NCBI GenBank assembly: GCA_036785375.1
Contig: JAWMAR010000279.1
Span: 496,001-560,000, forward strand
DNA from: Leucoraja ocellata
Lineage: Eukaryota
Direction: 5' to 3'
Length of the DNA stretch: 64,000 nucleotides
Below, piece by piece: positions 11,260-23,991 of this stretch (position 1 is its first letter; the number at the start of each line of letters is the position of its first letter). The notes beneath the pieces are model-generated. The model ran no database searches, had not been told where the DNA came from, and saw nothing but the letters and a program-made list of their open reading frames with translations. The position numbers were made by a program, and so were the translations under genes.

Positions 11260-12400
11260 TATAAGCCAATGGGTCAGAGTAGAAGTGGGATGGAGAATTC
11301 AAGTACACACAACAGGAAGCTCAAGGTTCCCCTGCGGACAGAATGCGGGTTTGTCACAATGTGATAATCCAATCTGTATTCGGTTTATCCGATGTAGAGG
11401 TCACATTGTGTACATTGAATGTAGTAAACTAGAGTGGAAGTGAAAGTGAATTGCTGCTTCACTGGAAATAGTTTGGGTCCTTGATTGGTAGGAAAGGAAA
11501 AGGTTAAAGGCTAGACGTTATTTTGCTTGAAGATGCAAATTAAACTTTCAAAAAGAGTGTTGTTGGTGGGAAAGGAAAAGTAGATGAGGAGTTACCAAGA
11601 GAATATTCCTTGAAAAATGATGAAAGGGAATGGAGTAAAAAGTGTCTTTGAAAGATGGTGGAAATTGTAAAGAATGAGCTGTTGAAACCAGAGTCTGGTG
11701 AGGTGGAAGGCAAGGACCAGATAAACCCTATCCATTTGTATGGGAAGACGCATCGTTGGAGAAATACAACACAGATAAAGGGGACTAAATTAGATTCCCT
11801 CCAGGAAACAGGGTGGCATGAAGATTAGTCAGAGAGGTCTCAGAGTTAGAGATTAGCAACAAATGTAATGGATTTGTCAAGTTCTACATGACTACAGGAG
11901 GCAGCACCAATGCCATCATCATTGTATTGAATTAGGTAGGACTGAAACAAAGACTGTTCCACGTTTTCAACAAAAAATCAGGCATAGTTTTGGTCCATGT
12001 GAATTACCATTCTAACTCCTTTGATCTGGGGAAAGTGAGTACAGTTGAAGGAGAAGTTGTCCAAAAAGTTCACCAGATGAATGACTGTTGGACCTCTGCT
12101 CAAGGAAGAAGTAAAGAGGTGTCAGACCATCCTGATGTATGGGGTGGAGATGTAAAAAGATTTTATGTGCATGGTAAAAATGTCAGTTGGGACATGGACA
12201 TTTGAAATAGTTAAATTGGTGGAAGTCATCATGGATATAAATGGGAAGGAGCTGGACCAGACACGATAGGATAGAATCAAGGCACAAAGAAATATGTTGA
12301 GTGGGACAAGAGAACATATTAGGCATAATCTACATACCATAAAATGTATTCTGATACGAGTGACCTCTTCTGGGCTTATGATTCCACTACTGGTGTGATG
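11260..12400 (-). mobile_element. Highly decayed Penelope-like element
   Basis: Residual similarity to PLE copies (gtgaggtggaaggcaaggaccag, gggaaggagctgga, DIFTMHIKSFYISTP resembling FTMDFQSLYTSIP). Confidence 0.5.
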
Positions 12401-12854
12401 TATGTATAGGATAAAGACCCAAACAAGTCCTGGGTGGGTAAGACAAAAATTTACATTTCGCTGTTCACCTGGTTAGTTGGATAAAAGAGTATGCAACTGC
12501 AGGGTGTAGCCGCATGGATAAAATATCAGTTAGGTTTTAAAGAAAATGGACCCTGATTTGCATTCATCATCATTGTTACTTGCAGTATTTAAAATATCCA
12601 TAATCTGTGCATTCATGAGATATGCTTCAGTCTTGAAATAATTTATTGAATGAATGAACCAGGTGAAGATTAATGCACTGTAACATAATGTTCCCAATGG
12701 AGAAAAGTTTGAGACAAAGCCCTCAATTGACTTTGATCAAATGTAGTGAATCTGATTATATGCCTAAATAATTATGGGAGGAGAAAAAGGCAGTGTCATG
12801 TTAATTGATAATGCATAAAGCTTCATAAGACTTTGTTATCTAGTATTTTTACTA

Positions 12855-13600
12855 GTTTGACGCCTGGGTTAGAGGGTTTCAGCTATAGGGAGAGCTTTGA
12901 TTGACCTGGGTTGCTTTCTCTGGAATGTCAGAGGTTAAGGGGAGACTTGATAGAAATATAAAAATAAAAATTATAAGAGGCATCGATGGGGAGACAGTCA
13001 GAACCTTTTTCCAGGGTAAAATATCCAACACTAGAAAGCACTGCTATAATTGTATTGTATATCTTTATTGTCATTTTCCTGAGTACTCACATACCCAGAG
13101 GAAACAAAAAAACGTTGCTCAACCAGTGTCCATTCAGTGTGCAGTAAAAAATAAATAGAAATAAAAATACATATATCATGAACAAATTAACACTCTACTC
13201 TCTACTAAACATCAACATGCGTTTGGATCGGCAGCGGCAGGACAGTGGTTCTGCTGCAGTGTGTCCAGGTTGGTGGTTGGTGCGCGATACTTTGGCTGGG
13301 GGCAAAGTCCGTTTATCAGTCTTATAGCCTGCGGGAAGAAACATATAAGAAACTATAAGGTGAAGGTAGAAAGTTTAATGGAGATGTATGGGGTTAATTC
13401 TTTTTACACATTGCTTGAAGTTGTGGTGGAGGCAGATACGTTAGTGGCAGTTAAGAGGTTTTTAGATATCCACATTGAAGTGTAGGGAATAGAGAGATAT
13501 GGATCATGTGCAGGCAGATGAGATTGGTTCCGCTGGGCATCATGTGGAGCACAAACAACGTGGGCGTAGGGGCCATCCCTGTGCCTTACAGTTCTATGTT
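12855..13600 (+). mobile_element. CR1 3' fragment interrupted by a minus-strand Rex1-like 3' fragment (about 13047-13345)
   Basis: CR1 motifs (aggttaaggggagacttgatagaa; VVEADT) on both sides; the insert begins ttgtattgtatatctttattgtcat and ends cttatagcctgcgggaagaaac. Confidence 0.65.
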
Positions 13601-15369
13601 CTATCAGAAAGACTACACTGATTGTTAATGGAAAGGTGAAGGCATTTGGGGAAAGGACTAATTCACAGGTAAAGGATGTATCCAATGTTTGAGCTGAACA
13701 GCTCCATTCTGCTGACAATTAAAATCATCTTGAGTGCTTCAAGTTTTTTTTCCTCTGTGAACAGAACAAACATTTAGTAAAAATGAGCCTTTTACAGAAA
13801 AATAAGCTTATAATTAAGCTTATAGGCTATTAAACAATCTCAACCTATGTTGGAATTGTTCAGATTTTCACCTTGTCAAAAACAGCACACCAGTACCTTT
13901 ATAATCTTGAAGCCACGATTGTTCTAATTTAGATGAAAGATATCCCTAGTGGGACAATAATCACATATTTATTTTCAAAAAGATACTAACATACAATTAA
14001 AGTTAAAAGATTTCAAAACCAAAGATGTTAGCCTGCTCAATCAGTCCCTTACTTTAGATTTCATTTAAGAATCTACAAATGGAAAATACGTTTGTTTCAA
14101 TTTGAATTTTATTTGCATGTTGCTAAGTTAATGATATTTGGATCATTGATAAAAACAAAGTACAAAGTTGCAATCAAGCATTTATATACAAACCTAGTTT
14201 TAAGGAATACTGCACTTAAAACATTTATTCTATTTAACCCGCCTGCTTAAAAAATATGCAGGAATTAATTGCTATTATGGAGAATATGATTAATATGCAC
14301 ACAAAGATGCTGTTCTACTATACAAATCAACAATATGTTGACTTAGTCAGCTTCTAGTTTTCCTTCTTTTTATTAAGCTGATAAATTTAATTCAATTTGG
14401 TGCGTTGAGTACATTTCTAATGCATTTTCAAAATGCACCAAACTAAAATATGGAAATGTTATATTTACATCACACTCTTCAGTAGAATATTAAAAATCAA
14501 CAGCTGAATCACATAACATAGCATAACATTAATAAAAATACACAGTTGGATTTTGATTCCTGGTTAAAAAATACAGTTTTGTTTATGTATTAATTTATTC
14601 AACAACTCTGCAAAAGATTTTCATTTACAATAATGCACTTGTTGTGGTCTCTAAAGTCGATATTTTTAGCCCAAAATTCACTGAGCTTGTATTTTCTAAC
14701 ATCAGAATTGAGAAAGGACAAATTTCTAACCAATCCAGAAAAATAACTTTGTATATTAGTTTAAAACTAATTTAAATCAGCTAGAAGAAACTTTAATAAT
14801 CCTTTTATATAAATCTTAATTTATTTACTGGTTGTCTTTCTTCAGTCGAACATTGATGATATGGATAGATGTGCATGTACAATGTTAATTTCCTGCCTGC
14901 AAATGTCTCCTTTATTTGCACTGGCTTTAAGACTCAAAAGACATAGATCAGTCTACTTGGGGTCTTCCTTAGGTAAATTTTCCTCCTGGGATAAATAAAG
15001 TTCTATTGTTTTGATTGGTATCGTACCTGCTATCTACCTCCGCATCAGGTATATATTTCCTTTTACATTGCTGTAAATCTCCTCATTGGTAGAGTAGCTG
15101 TGCTCATTTGCCTGAAGCTGTTGCAAAGTCCTCATTTACTGCTTTGCAATTTGTGTTTTTTTATTTTATAGATTTTTTTTTTAATCATCTACATCTATTT
15201 TGTTATTTTAATTCGTTCTTACAGCATTCTGTATTTTAACAAATGTAGCTCTGCAGACGGATGTGGACAAAATGATGCAAAAAATACCTTGCAAAATATG
15301 ATTAGAATCATGATACTGTGTCAGGCTGGGATTAGAGGAAACAATAAAGCTCAGAATGGACAGCAGCCC

Positions 15370-15660
15370 GTCAAGCCATTGATAGGAGCATATTTAGGCC
15401 TTTTGGCCTATCGTCCACACCTGCATTCAATCATGACTGATCTATCTCTCCCTCCTAACCCTATTCTCCTGCCTTCTCCCTATAACCCCTGACACCCTTA
15501 TAAAAAGGCTTTCTGAAAATCAAGGTAAACAACATCCACTGACTCACCTTTGACTGTCCTGCTATTTACTGCCTCAAAGAATTCCAACAGATTTGTCAGG
15601 CAGGATCTCCTCTTTACAAAACCATGCTGACTGGCCTATTTTATCATGAACTGCTAAATA
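15370..15660 (-). mobile_element. CR1 fragments
   Basis: 3' UTR motif cattcaatcatgactgatc...gccttctccc joined to an RT fragment (aaggctttctgaaaatcaagg; caaaaccatgctgact). Confidence 0.65.
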
Positions 15661-16804
15661 ATCAGGGAGGAGTAACTTAATGCCCAGATAATATAACAGT
15701 TAATATAACTTGAAATCTGACAAGCCAGGACTAATCATTGTTCAGCCAAGATGAATATTGCAAAAAAGAGTTATGGTGAGATACATGCCCTCAGTGCATT
15801 TCCAATTTATTTCAAGGAATATAAATGTGTCCTGATGTCTTCATTTATGTTATGATGTCTATGATGTCAAATGCATGTCAACTTTTTGTATAGCCTGTAA
15901 AATAAATGGATGTGAGGTAGATTTTCGATAAGGCCCCATGCAGAAGGTTAAAGCACACACTGTGGAATAAATTATTTATATCCTTTCTTACTTAATTTTG
16001 ATCGGAATTGAACAAGGTAACAAAAGGGTGTTTGGATGTGACAATTGGCATCTCTCATTGATCGGACGTAGAAGAGGTTCTTGGGAATCAGCAAAGTAAG
16101 ATTAGATGTATTACCTCTTGTCTAGGAATGTGTTGAAGGGTGGATGGTAAATATAAACATGAAATAGTAGACGCAGATAAGGAAGCTTGTTTCTCTCAGC
16201 AGTATGTTACAATAGACCATCTGTGCCCCCTACCACTAGTAGCGTAGATATGTTGCAGTAAATGGGGGGCTTATGATTGGTTCGGAGAGGGGATGGTGGC
16301 GCGGTCTGCCTATAAGGTGAGATGGAATAATGTCAAGATGTCCTTATATTGTGTTTGACTTGTATTAATCATCTGTTGTTGAATAAGATTGACATAAAGA
16401 AAAAGTATGTTATTACTAATTAAATAATTGGTACCCATGTAGTAGATAGTATATTTTCGTATAGTTGTATCTAACAAAAAACAAAAGTTGTTTCCAGTAC
16501 ATTATAACTGTCGGCTAATTCTGTTATGAAGTCAGAGAACTGGTGAGCAGTTAACTGCCGCCATCTCCCCATGATATCATGCAATAATGTCTCTTGAAGC
16601 AAACTTGCGATGTCTCCACTTTCCATATTCATTTAATATCCCCCAAAATTAATTTCTTCCACACGTGCAGAATTAGTATTAATACACAGTGATTGGATTA
16701 AGAATTTGTTAACAAACAGAAAGGGAAATGAACTGCTTTTCTCAGCTAAGGAGAAACTGGTGCAGCAACATCACAGTACTGTCTAACATCTGTTCTCCCA
16801 ATCA

Positions 16805-17058
16805 TTTAGAACGGAGATGAGTATGCACTTTTTCACACAGAGAGTTGTGAATCTATGGAATTCTCTGCCTCAGAGGGCGGTGGAGGCCGGTTCTCTAGAT
16901 ACTTTCAAGAGAGAGCTAGATATGGCTCTTAAAGATAGTGGAGTCAGGGGATATGGGGAGAAAGCAGCAACGGGGTACTGGTTGGGGATGATCAGCCATG
17001 ATCACATTGAATCGCGGTGCTGGCTTGAAGGGCCGAATGGCCTACTCCTGCACCTATT
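16805..17058 (+). mobile_element. CR1 3' end
   Basis: FFTQRVVNLWNSLPQRAVEA...GYGEKA followed by the tail gaagggccgaatggcctactcctgcacct. Confidence 0.85.
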
Positions 17059-17264
17059 GTCATACTCGTGTATGGTCGAAAGCTGTGACCTCTCCCCTAT
17101 GCTTCTTCAAACTAAACTAACTACTAGGTAGTCTGCGGGAAAATCCCAGCCGCAAACCGCCTCAGACAACGTATAAATCCCACCCACATAATTACAGGCA
17201 GATAAAATTTAAAGGTAACTGGTTATAGTTATAACATACTGAGTTAAGCTAAATGGCTACTAGA
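17058..17264 (-). repeat. BEL/Pao 3' LTR (partial)
   Basis: Direct repeat of 23181-23487; preceded on the minus strand by acaattacgggccggta; cut short by CR1 sequence. Confidence 0.8.
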
Positions 17265-20200
17265 TACCGGCCCGTAATTGTTCTGAGTATATAACGAGGC
17301 AATCACTAATAGACGTTAAAAAAGGAGCTAAAAAGCTTAACTTGTATCAAAAGACAAAAAAATAACATGCATTATCTATCAACATTCAGACTTCTATAGC
17401 GATTCTTCCATCTTCACCTTAGCCTTCTAAAAGCAAACATAACTTGGTTATTGGTTTATTAAAACATTGTTCTTAGTCTGAAGTCGTACTGTACGCACCA
17501 AACCCTTAACGTCAGGCATGATACCCCAGTATATAGTGCAAATCTCAAAAGTCCAAAGTTTTGACAGCATAAAACTTCTTCCTCCATGTCCGATCAGTTC
17601 ATGGATATGCCGTAACAATAATGTTGATATGTGAAAGTCCTTCAAGAGAATAATAGGATTTTAAGCAATAACGTTCACTGTGATGTTTTGTTTAATTTCC
17701 AGATCATTACCAGAGGTTTCAAATCCCAGGTCAACCTTTGGCCATTCTCTGTCTGGCCTACAGAAAAACACTGGTCCAGTGATCCATCTCTTGTTGCTTA
17801 TGAAGCGGTCTGCTGTTAGTCCTCTAGAAGCTTCATCCGCAGGATTTTCCTTTGTGTTAACATATTTCCATTGTGAAATATTAGAGGCTCCCAATACAAA
17901 AGAGAGTCTGTTTGCAACAAATGTCAAAAAACTTCTGTTCTCATTGTTGAAATATTTAAGCACCGTAGTACTATCAGTCCAGAAGATAGATTCTTCCAGT
18001 TGAAGCTGTAGTTATTTTTGCAGCATAATGTCACCTTTAACAGCTAAGACTGCGGCAGTAAGTTCCATTCTGGGAATTGTCATTTGCTTCTGGCCTTTTC
18101 CATTAAGAATGCAACATATACTTTTTTGTCATCATTTTCCAGTCTTAGATTTGAAACAGTACCGTTGCCACTTTCACTGACATCTGAGAAATGATGCAGC
18201 TGTGCACTTCTGATCTTACCAAAGCTTGTAGATTCATGCACCGGTCCACTTTGAATTCCGAGATCTTGATGATATCTGCTAACCATTCTGTCCATCGGTG
18301 AGAGGAAGTTTGCGTTATACTCCCATCCCATCCAATTTTTTCCTTACAAAGATCCTGCAAAATCAACTTGGCTGGCAGTGTAAATGGTGCAAGAAAGCCC
18401 AGAGGGTCGTAAACAGAACCAATCATGGATAGGATACCCCTTCTAGTACATGGTCGCTCTTGAATCAAGATTCTGAACTTCAACACATCTGTTCCAACGC
18501 CCCAGTGCAGTCCCAATGCTCTTTCCATTGGCAGATTGTCTATCCAAATCCAACTCCCTGGTCTCCTTGGCTCTATCATCTGGTGGAATGCTTTCCAATA
18601 CAACAAGGCTGTTGCTGATCCACTTGGAAAGCGTGAATCCTCCCTTATTGCAGAGGGAAGTCAGATGTTTTACCATTTGAATTGCTTCCAGCTCTCTAGA
18701 CATGGATTTTAATCAATCATCCACATAGAAATTATTCTTCACAGTGTTTAGCACTTCTGGAAAATGAGCTTTATTGTCCTCTGCAGCCTTCTTTAATGCA
18801 AAGTTTTCACAACTTGGTGATGACACTGCTTCAAAGAGATGTACCTTCATCCAGTATTCATCGAGATCTTGTTGTGCATCACCATCAGGCAACCATAGGA
18901 ATCGCAAGGTCAATGTATTTTTCTGATACTTTAACTTGATGAAACATCGCTTTAATATCAGCCATCAAAGCAATTGATACTTGGCTGAATTTAATAAGAA
19001 CCCCAATGAATGAGTTGGTAAGGTCTGAACCTTGCAGAAGTTGACAGTTAAGTGATGTTCCTTTGAAGACTGTAGCACATCAAAGACCACCCTCAGGGTC
19101 CCTTTCCTCGAGTGATACACCCCATGGTGCGGAATGTACCAAAGCTCTCCGTGGCTTTGATTTAGTTGGTTTGTTGGTACCATTTCGGCATAATCATTGT
19201 CAATCATATCCTATATTCCTCATGAAATTTAGTATTCTTGCCAAACTTACATTTCAGAATCTGGGTGCGTTGCTCTGCCATATGACAATTATAAGGCAGA
19301 ATAACACTTCCCTGTTTGAAAGATAAGTCCAGACAATAGTGTCCGTCTATCATCTTTACTGAGTAGGTCATAATATCCAAGAACTTTAACTCTTCCCTGG
19401 ACATTTCTTCAGATTCCTTACTGGTACTTTCATTGACGTCATGATTGTATTGCTTGATCAATAGCTTTTCTAATTTACCAGTGGATATTTGATTAACAGC
19501 AGCAGCAGGGTAGTTCTTCTGGTTCCTGCTTTCGTTGTTCCTTCTCAAGGAGCCATAGATAATCCATCCTAGTCGGGTTTTCACAGCAAACGGCTCATCA
19601 CCTTGGCTGCTAACGATCTCTTTAGGTGCCAATGCCTTCAAAGCATTTGTTCCAATTAGTAGGTCGATACCAGAATTTATTTTAGGTAACTAGACATCCT
19701 TCAAGTAAGGCCATTGTTTCAAGTCTTCTTGCTTTGGTATATTTTGATGACAAACAGGCATGGTCTCATGTGTAAACACCTCAGATATTGGTCTTAAAAT
19801 TGTCTTCATCCAGACTAGATATTTCCATATTTGTAATGTGATGACTAATGCACTCATTCGCTTCATTCATGGCAGGCAATAGAATCTTAACTGCTTCTCC
19901 TGTAATGTCCAGCCTTCTCATCTAGCTCTCTGTTCAAAAGGTAGTCTAGCTAAATGATCCAAAAATGCATATGTTTGCAACACTGTATTCCCCTTGCTAT
20001 TCCTTACCTGTACTGGTAAGATAGAGAAGATACATGTTTCTACCCTGGCCCCAATATGAGCAGTTATCTGAGGTGTGGTGACACTATCACTAGTAGCTGG
20101 CTTCTCCCTCTGTTCTATTTGCTCTGGCTTCGTCTGCTCAGTGTGAAGTGCTTCAGGATGATTTTGCTTGTACTTATCACGTTATAGGATTCATACAGTC

Positions 20201-22962
20201 TTTAACCATGTGTCCTTTTTTCAAACATCCGAAACAGATTCCCTTATTTAAGAAATCCATCTTTTCTTTATATTCCTTCTTGAATTTCCGATACCACCTT
20301 ATGGTCTGACCAACTTCATTACATGACAAGCAGAACCATCTTGGCTTAACAGTAGATATATCTCCTTTCTTTTCACCTTTCGTTTCTGCAGCTATTACAG
20401 CGGTAGCAAAACTACTTCCCTTAGGTCCTGATCTTTCTTTTGTTTTAGTAAACCTTTGACGGTTGCAATTGGTTTAGGATCTTGAATACACCCATGGTGC
20501 AGATTTGACATTAACCACACCTCCCTTTCCATGAAATTCACCAGATCAAAAAGCGTGGCTTGCCGGCCCCCATCCTTCCATTATCATACCTGCTTTATCT
20601 CTCCAACTTTCTCTAAGCCTATAGGGCAGCTTCAGAATGATAGCCCTAATATTTGTAAAGACATTAATTTCTTGCATGTAGTTGGAATTTCTCATCGAGC
20701 TGCAGCAACTTCCCAGGAATATCTAGAACTCTCGTAATGCCTTTGCATCTTCTGTCTTTATAGCTGTCCAAGCATAGGCCTTCTCCATATATGCATTAGC
20801 AATCTGGTGCTTGTTACCAAATTGTTCTCTAAGCAATTGTCTTGCTTCCCACAAGCTGCTTAGCATGTCTAACTGTGTAATACTCCAGAAATTGTAAATG
20901 ATCTTTATCATCGGTAGTTTTCCTCTCCACCTTTCTCAAACTGGTCTATGAGAAGCTCATATCGCAAGGGATCTCCATCATACTTAGTGATTTCCATTTG
21001 CGGTAACGTTGAAGAGATATTATGTTGAGCTAGAGACTCGTGAATTCTCATTTCATTCCAGCCCAATTCGTAGAATTCATTGGGAGGTCCCTGGTTGAGC
21101 ACAGATGGATATTGAATAGGCATCTGTGAAGGGTACTGTCTTGAGTAAGCTTTGTCATGAGCACCATGGCTCGTTGTTTGTCCCTGTCAGGGTGCAAATG
21201 ATTGATAGGCAAGCACCTGCCCATGTTGGCCAGCTTGAGCCTGTATAACAGGCCTCTGAAAAGGATACTAAATTGGTGGTTTGTTACGAGCCTCATCAGG
21301 AGGCCCATAAATTTGTTGCTGCGGTCTAACATCCTGTTGTTGAGGTAAAGCTTAGTCGGCCCACCACTGTTTCAGCAGGTGTTCAAAGCCACGGGACCTG
21401 GTGGTCCCCGGCTGTGGATTTAATCCAGCTGCTGTCTCCAGCTCGGCAGCTCCTTCTTGGACTGAGGAACTCTTCCTTTAAGATACTTTCGAGCCGCTTC
21501 TCGAACCTCGATTTTCCAGTATCTCTGCTGTGCTCTTGGCAATTGCCAATTTTTTTGGCTTGTTCCAGCTGTTCTTTTTGTCTACTCAACTGCCTTTTTC
21601 ATTCCTCAGCCTCTCTCTTAAGCCACTTTTCTTGTTCTTCAATCTCAGTCATTTCCTCCATCGCTTTAACTTTTAACAAAAGGGCAGCTATGACAGCTTC
21701 AGCTTGCACTTGAACTGATACCCTTGTGAATGAACTGGCTACAGAACCAGATTTATGTCTTGGTCTTCGTGTTGAGACATTTGATACACTATCTTGAGGC
21801 ACAATCTGTTCTACCAATTCGACACTTTCTTGCATGGCACTTCCGGCAACAGGGCCCCATAAGCTCTTCGTCTTCAAGTAGTCAATACTTCATAAACTCC
21901 ACAAATTCATCAAAGAGTTGCACCTTTTCTTCAAACCACTGGGTGTGTGTTTCAAGCTCTTCCCCTCCATTCAGTCGCGCTTTCGTCAATGCCTCTTGCC
22001 TTTTTCTAACCTCGAGACCAAGATTTAGTAATTGTTCCTGATTAGATCGCACCATCGTCACGTTTTCTGTGGATTCCATCAGTTTCTACTGGCTCTCAAT
22101 TTTCTGGACCATATTCTTCCATAACTTGTCTCTATCCTTCTGGGTTTCTTCCAGGTAGGTTGCTTCTCCACCTGGCTTACCTGTTGAAGATTCCATGGCT
22201 CCATCTGGTGGCACTCCTTCACCTGGCTTACCTGCTTCTTCTGACTACATGAATTAAACAGGTCTTGGTAGACAGCCAAATCTGTTAATTGGACAAACAG
22301 GACCTCTTCAGTCAGCTTCTGTCTTTATTGATAAACATTCTGGTGCAGTGTTCCATAAACACCCGAAATAATCCAAAACTATGGACTTTCAGAAAACATC
22401 CAATTATTTTCGGTATAGAATGGCTTCAGTTCGGAAAGAATGTGTGTTATCTCAACTTCAAAACATACCAAGGCCGAACACTTGGGAGTCCAGTTTTACT
22501 TGCTTCTTGGATGCTTTCCAAAACTAAGCAGAACTTGAACTTCTAATACATCCCTAGGCTCTTTATCAGAGCCTGTAATTTCACCTTAAAATGCGACAAA
22601 ACAGTCAAACCTTCCACAGCATCTCGTTAAGAAGCTGTCCTAATTAAAGCGTTCCAGCTTTCAAATTTACAGCATAATACAAAAGCTGTTCTACTCACGC
22701 ATTCGATCAGTGAAGTTTATAAATCTTCAGATAAGTCGCGTAGCTTTGTTGATTAACCTACTGGCAGGTAGGCTCTCACAAACAATCTCTGGCAGAGATC
22801 TAGCTTCTTCAGTTCCTCTTCTACGGAACCAGTCTTCAGTTAGACTTCTACGGGTCCAGTCTTCTAGCAGTAATCTCTCACAGAGATCCAGCCCTATCTT
22901 CTGTCCCTCTTCTATGAGACCAATCTTCTACCTCCTGGTAGTAAGGTAGAGTTTGACCCGAA

Positions 22963-23487
22963 TGTAGTGACATCCTTTATCCTTTAGTCACTATTATTGA
23001 AGGCGAGATCAGAAGATAATCAAAACGCACTCACAAGCTCTCCCCAAGACATTCAATGCCGTCGAAAGAAAAATCTTCCAAACACAGTCTCTTGATTAAT
23101 AGTTTCTTTATTGTAGTAGTTAAAACAGTAAGATATTCATCCAACCTTCTTCTTGTATAAGTACATTTTAATCTTACTTGTGGTCATACTCGTGCATAGT
23201 TGAAAGCTGTGACCTCCCCCCATGCTTCTTCAAACTAAACTAAGTATTCGTGAGTACACAAAAAAGCTGGAGAAACTCAGCTGGTGCAGCAGCATCTATG
23301 GAGCGAAAGAAATAGGCAACGTTTCGGGCCGAAACTCCTTCTTCAGTATTCGTGAGTCTGCACGAAAATCACAGTCGCAAACACGCCTCAGATTGCGTAT
23401 AAATCCCACCCACATGATTACAGGCAAATAAAATTTAAAGGTAACTTGTTATAGTTATACCATACTAAGTTAAGCTAAATAGCTAGC
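22963..23487 (-). repeat. BEL/Pao 5' LTR (inner boundary tentative)
   Basis: Matches 17058-17264 apart from a short insertion; minus-strand AATAAA at about 23107-23112; candidate ...CACTACA end near 22963. Confidence 0.65.
23243..23357 (-). mobile_element. About 90-bp mini-Penelope/hammerhead unit inserted in the LTR
   Basis: TSD AGTATTCGTGAGT (23243-23255, 23345-23357); the unit starts at CTGAAGA...GAAACGTT on the minus strand; absent from the other LTR. Confidence 0.85.
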
Positions 23488-23880
23488 AAAAATATCACAG
23501 ATCCCCTGCTGGACCCTCTGCAGTTTGCATACCGGGCCAATAGATCAGTGGAGGACGCAGTCAACATAGGCCTGCACTTCATCCTCCAACACCTAGACCA
23601 CCAGGGTTTTGTTTGTGGATTTTATCTCTGCATTCAACACCATTGTGCCAGAGCTACTACACTACAAACTCTCCCAGTTGACTGTGCCTGAACCCCTTTG
23701 TCAGTGGATCACCAACTTCCTGACAGACAGGAAGCAGCATGTGAGGCTGGGAAAGCACATCTCGGACCCGCAGACCCTCAACATTGGAGCACCGCAAGGC
23801 TACGTACTCTCCCCTCTCCATTACTCCCTCTACACCAACAACTGCACCTCCACAGACTCCTCTGTCAAGCTTCTCAAGCT
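23488..23880 (+). mobile_element. Rex1/Babar RT internal fragment
   Basis: [29 protein letters not shown] and GAPQGYVLSP; same family as 48645-49940. Confidence 0.85.
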
Positions 23881-23991
23881 TCTTCCATGTGGCACATTTT
23901 CAAATATATATCTTAAATCGCAACTATATCCACAGGTTTTATCCAGCCTGCTAGTACTTTCTCAAACTCAACTGCTATTTTTTAATTTTCA

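Larger units (their letters stand above)
17058..23487 (-). mobile_element. BEL/Pao LTR retrotransposon, decayed, with internal deletion
   Basis: Gag (ITKYDGDPLRY; LLREQFGNKHQIANAYMEK), protease region, RT ([19 protein letters not shown]; NFYVDD), RNase H/Pao peptidase (ERALGLHW; YDPLGFLAPF; QLHHFSDVSE; ENPADEASRG), integrase ends (HIHELIGHGG; KPITKLCLLLE*), and two related LTRs. Confidence 0.93.

Noticed and set aside
14846-14972. Plus-strand exon candidate (SNIDDMDRCAC...)
   Set aside because: Splice-like sites are present, but the peptide is unconvincing and its 3' side runs into a Rex1-type tail remnant.
15960-16571. Mitochondrial control-region NUMT
   Set aside because: The skewed composition is suggestive, but I recognised no conserved sequence blocks or flanking mitochondrial tRNAs.
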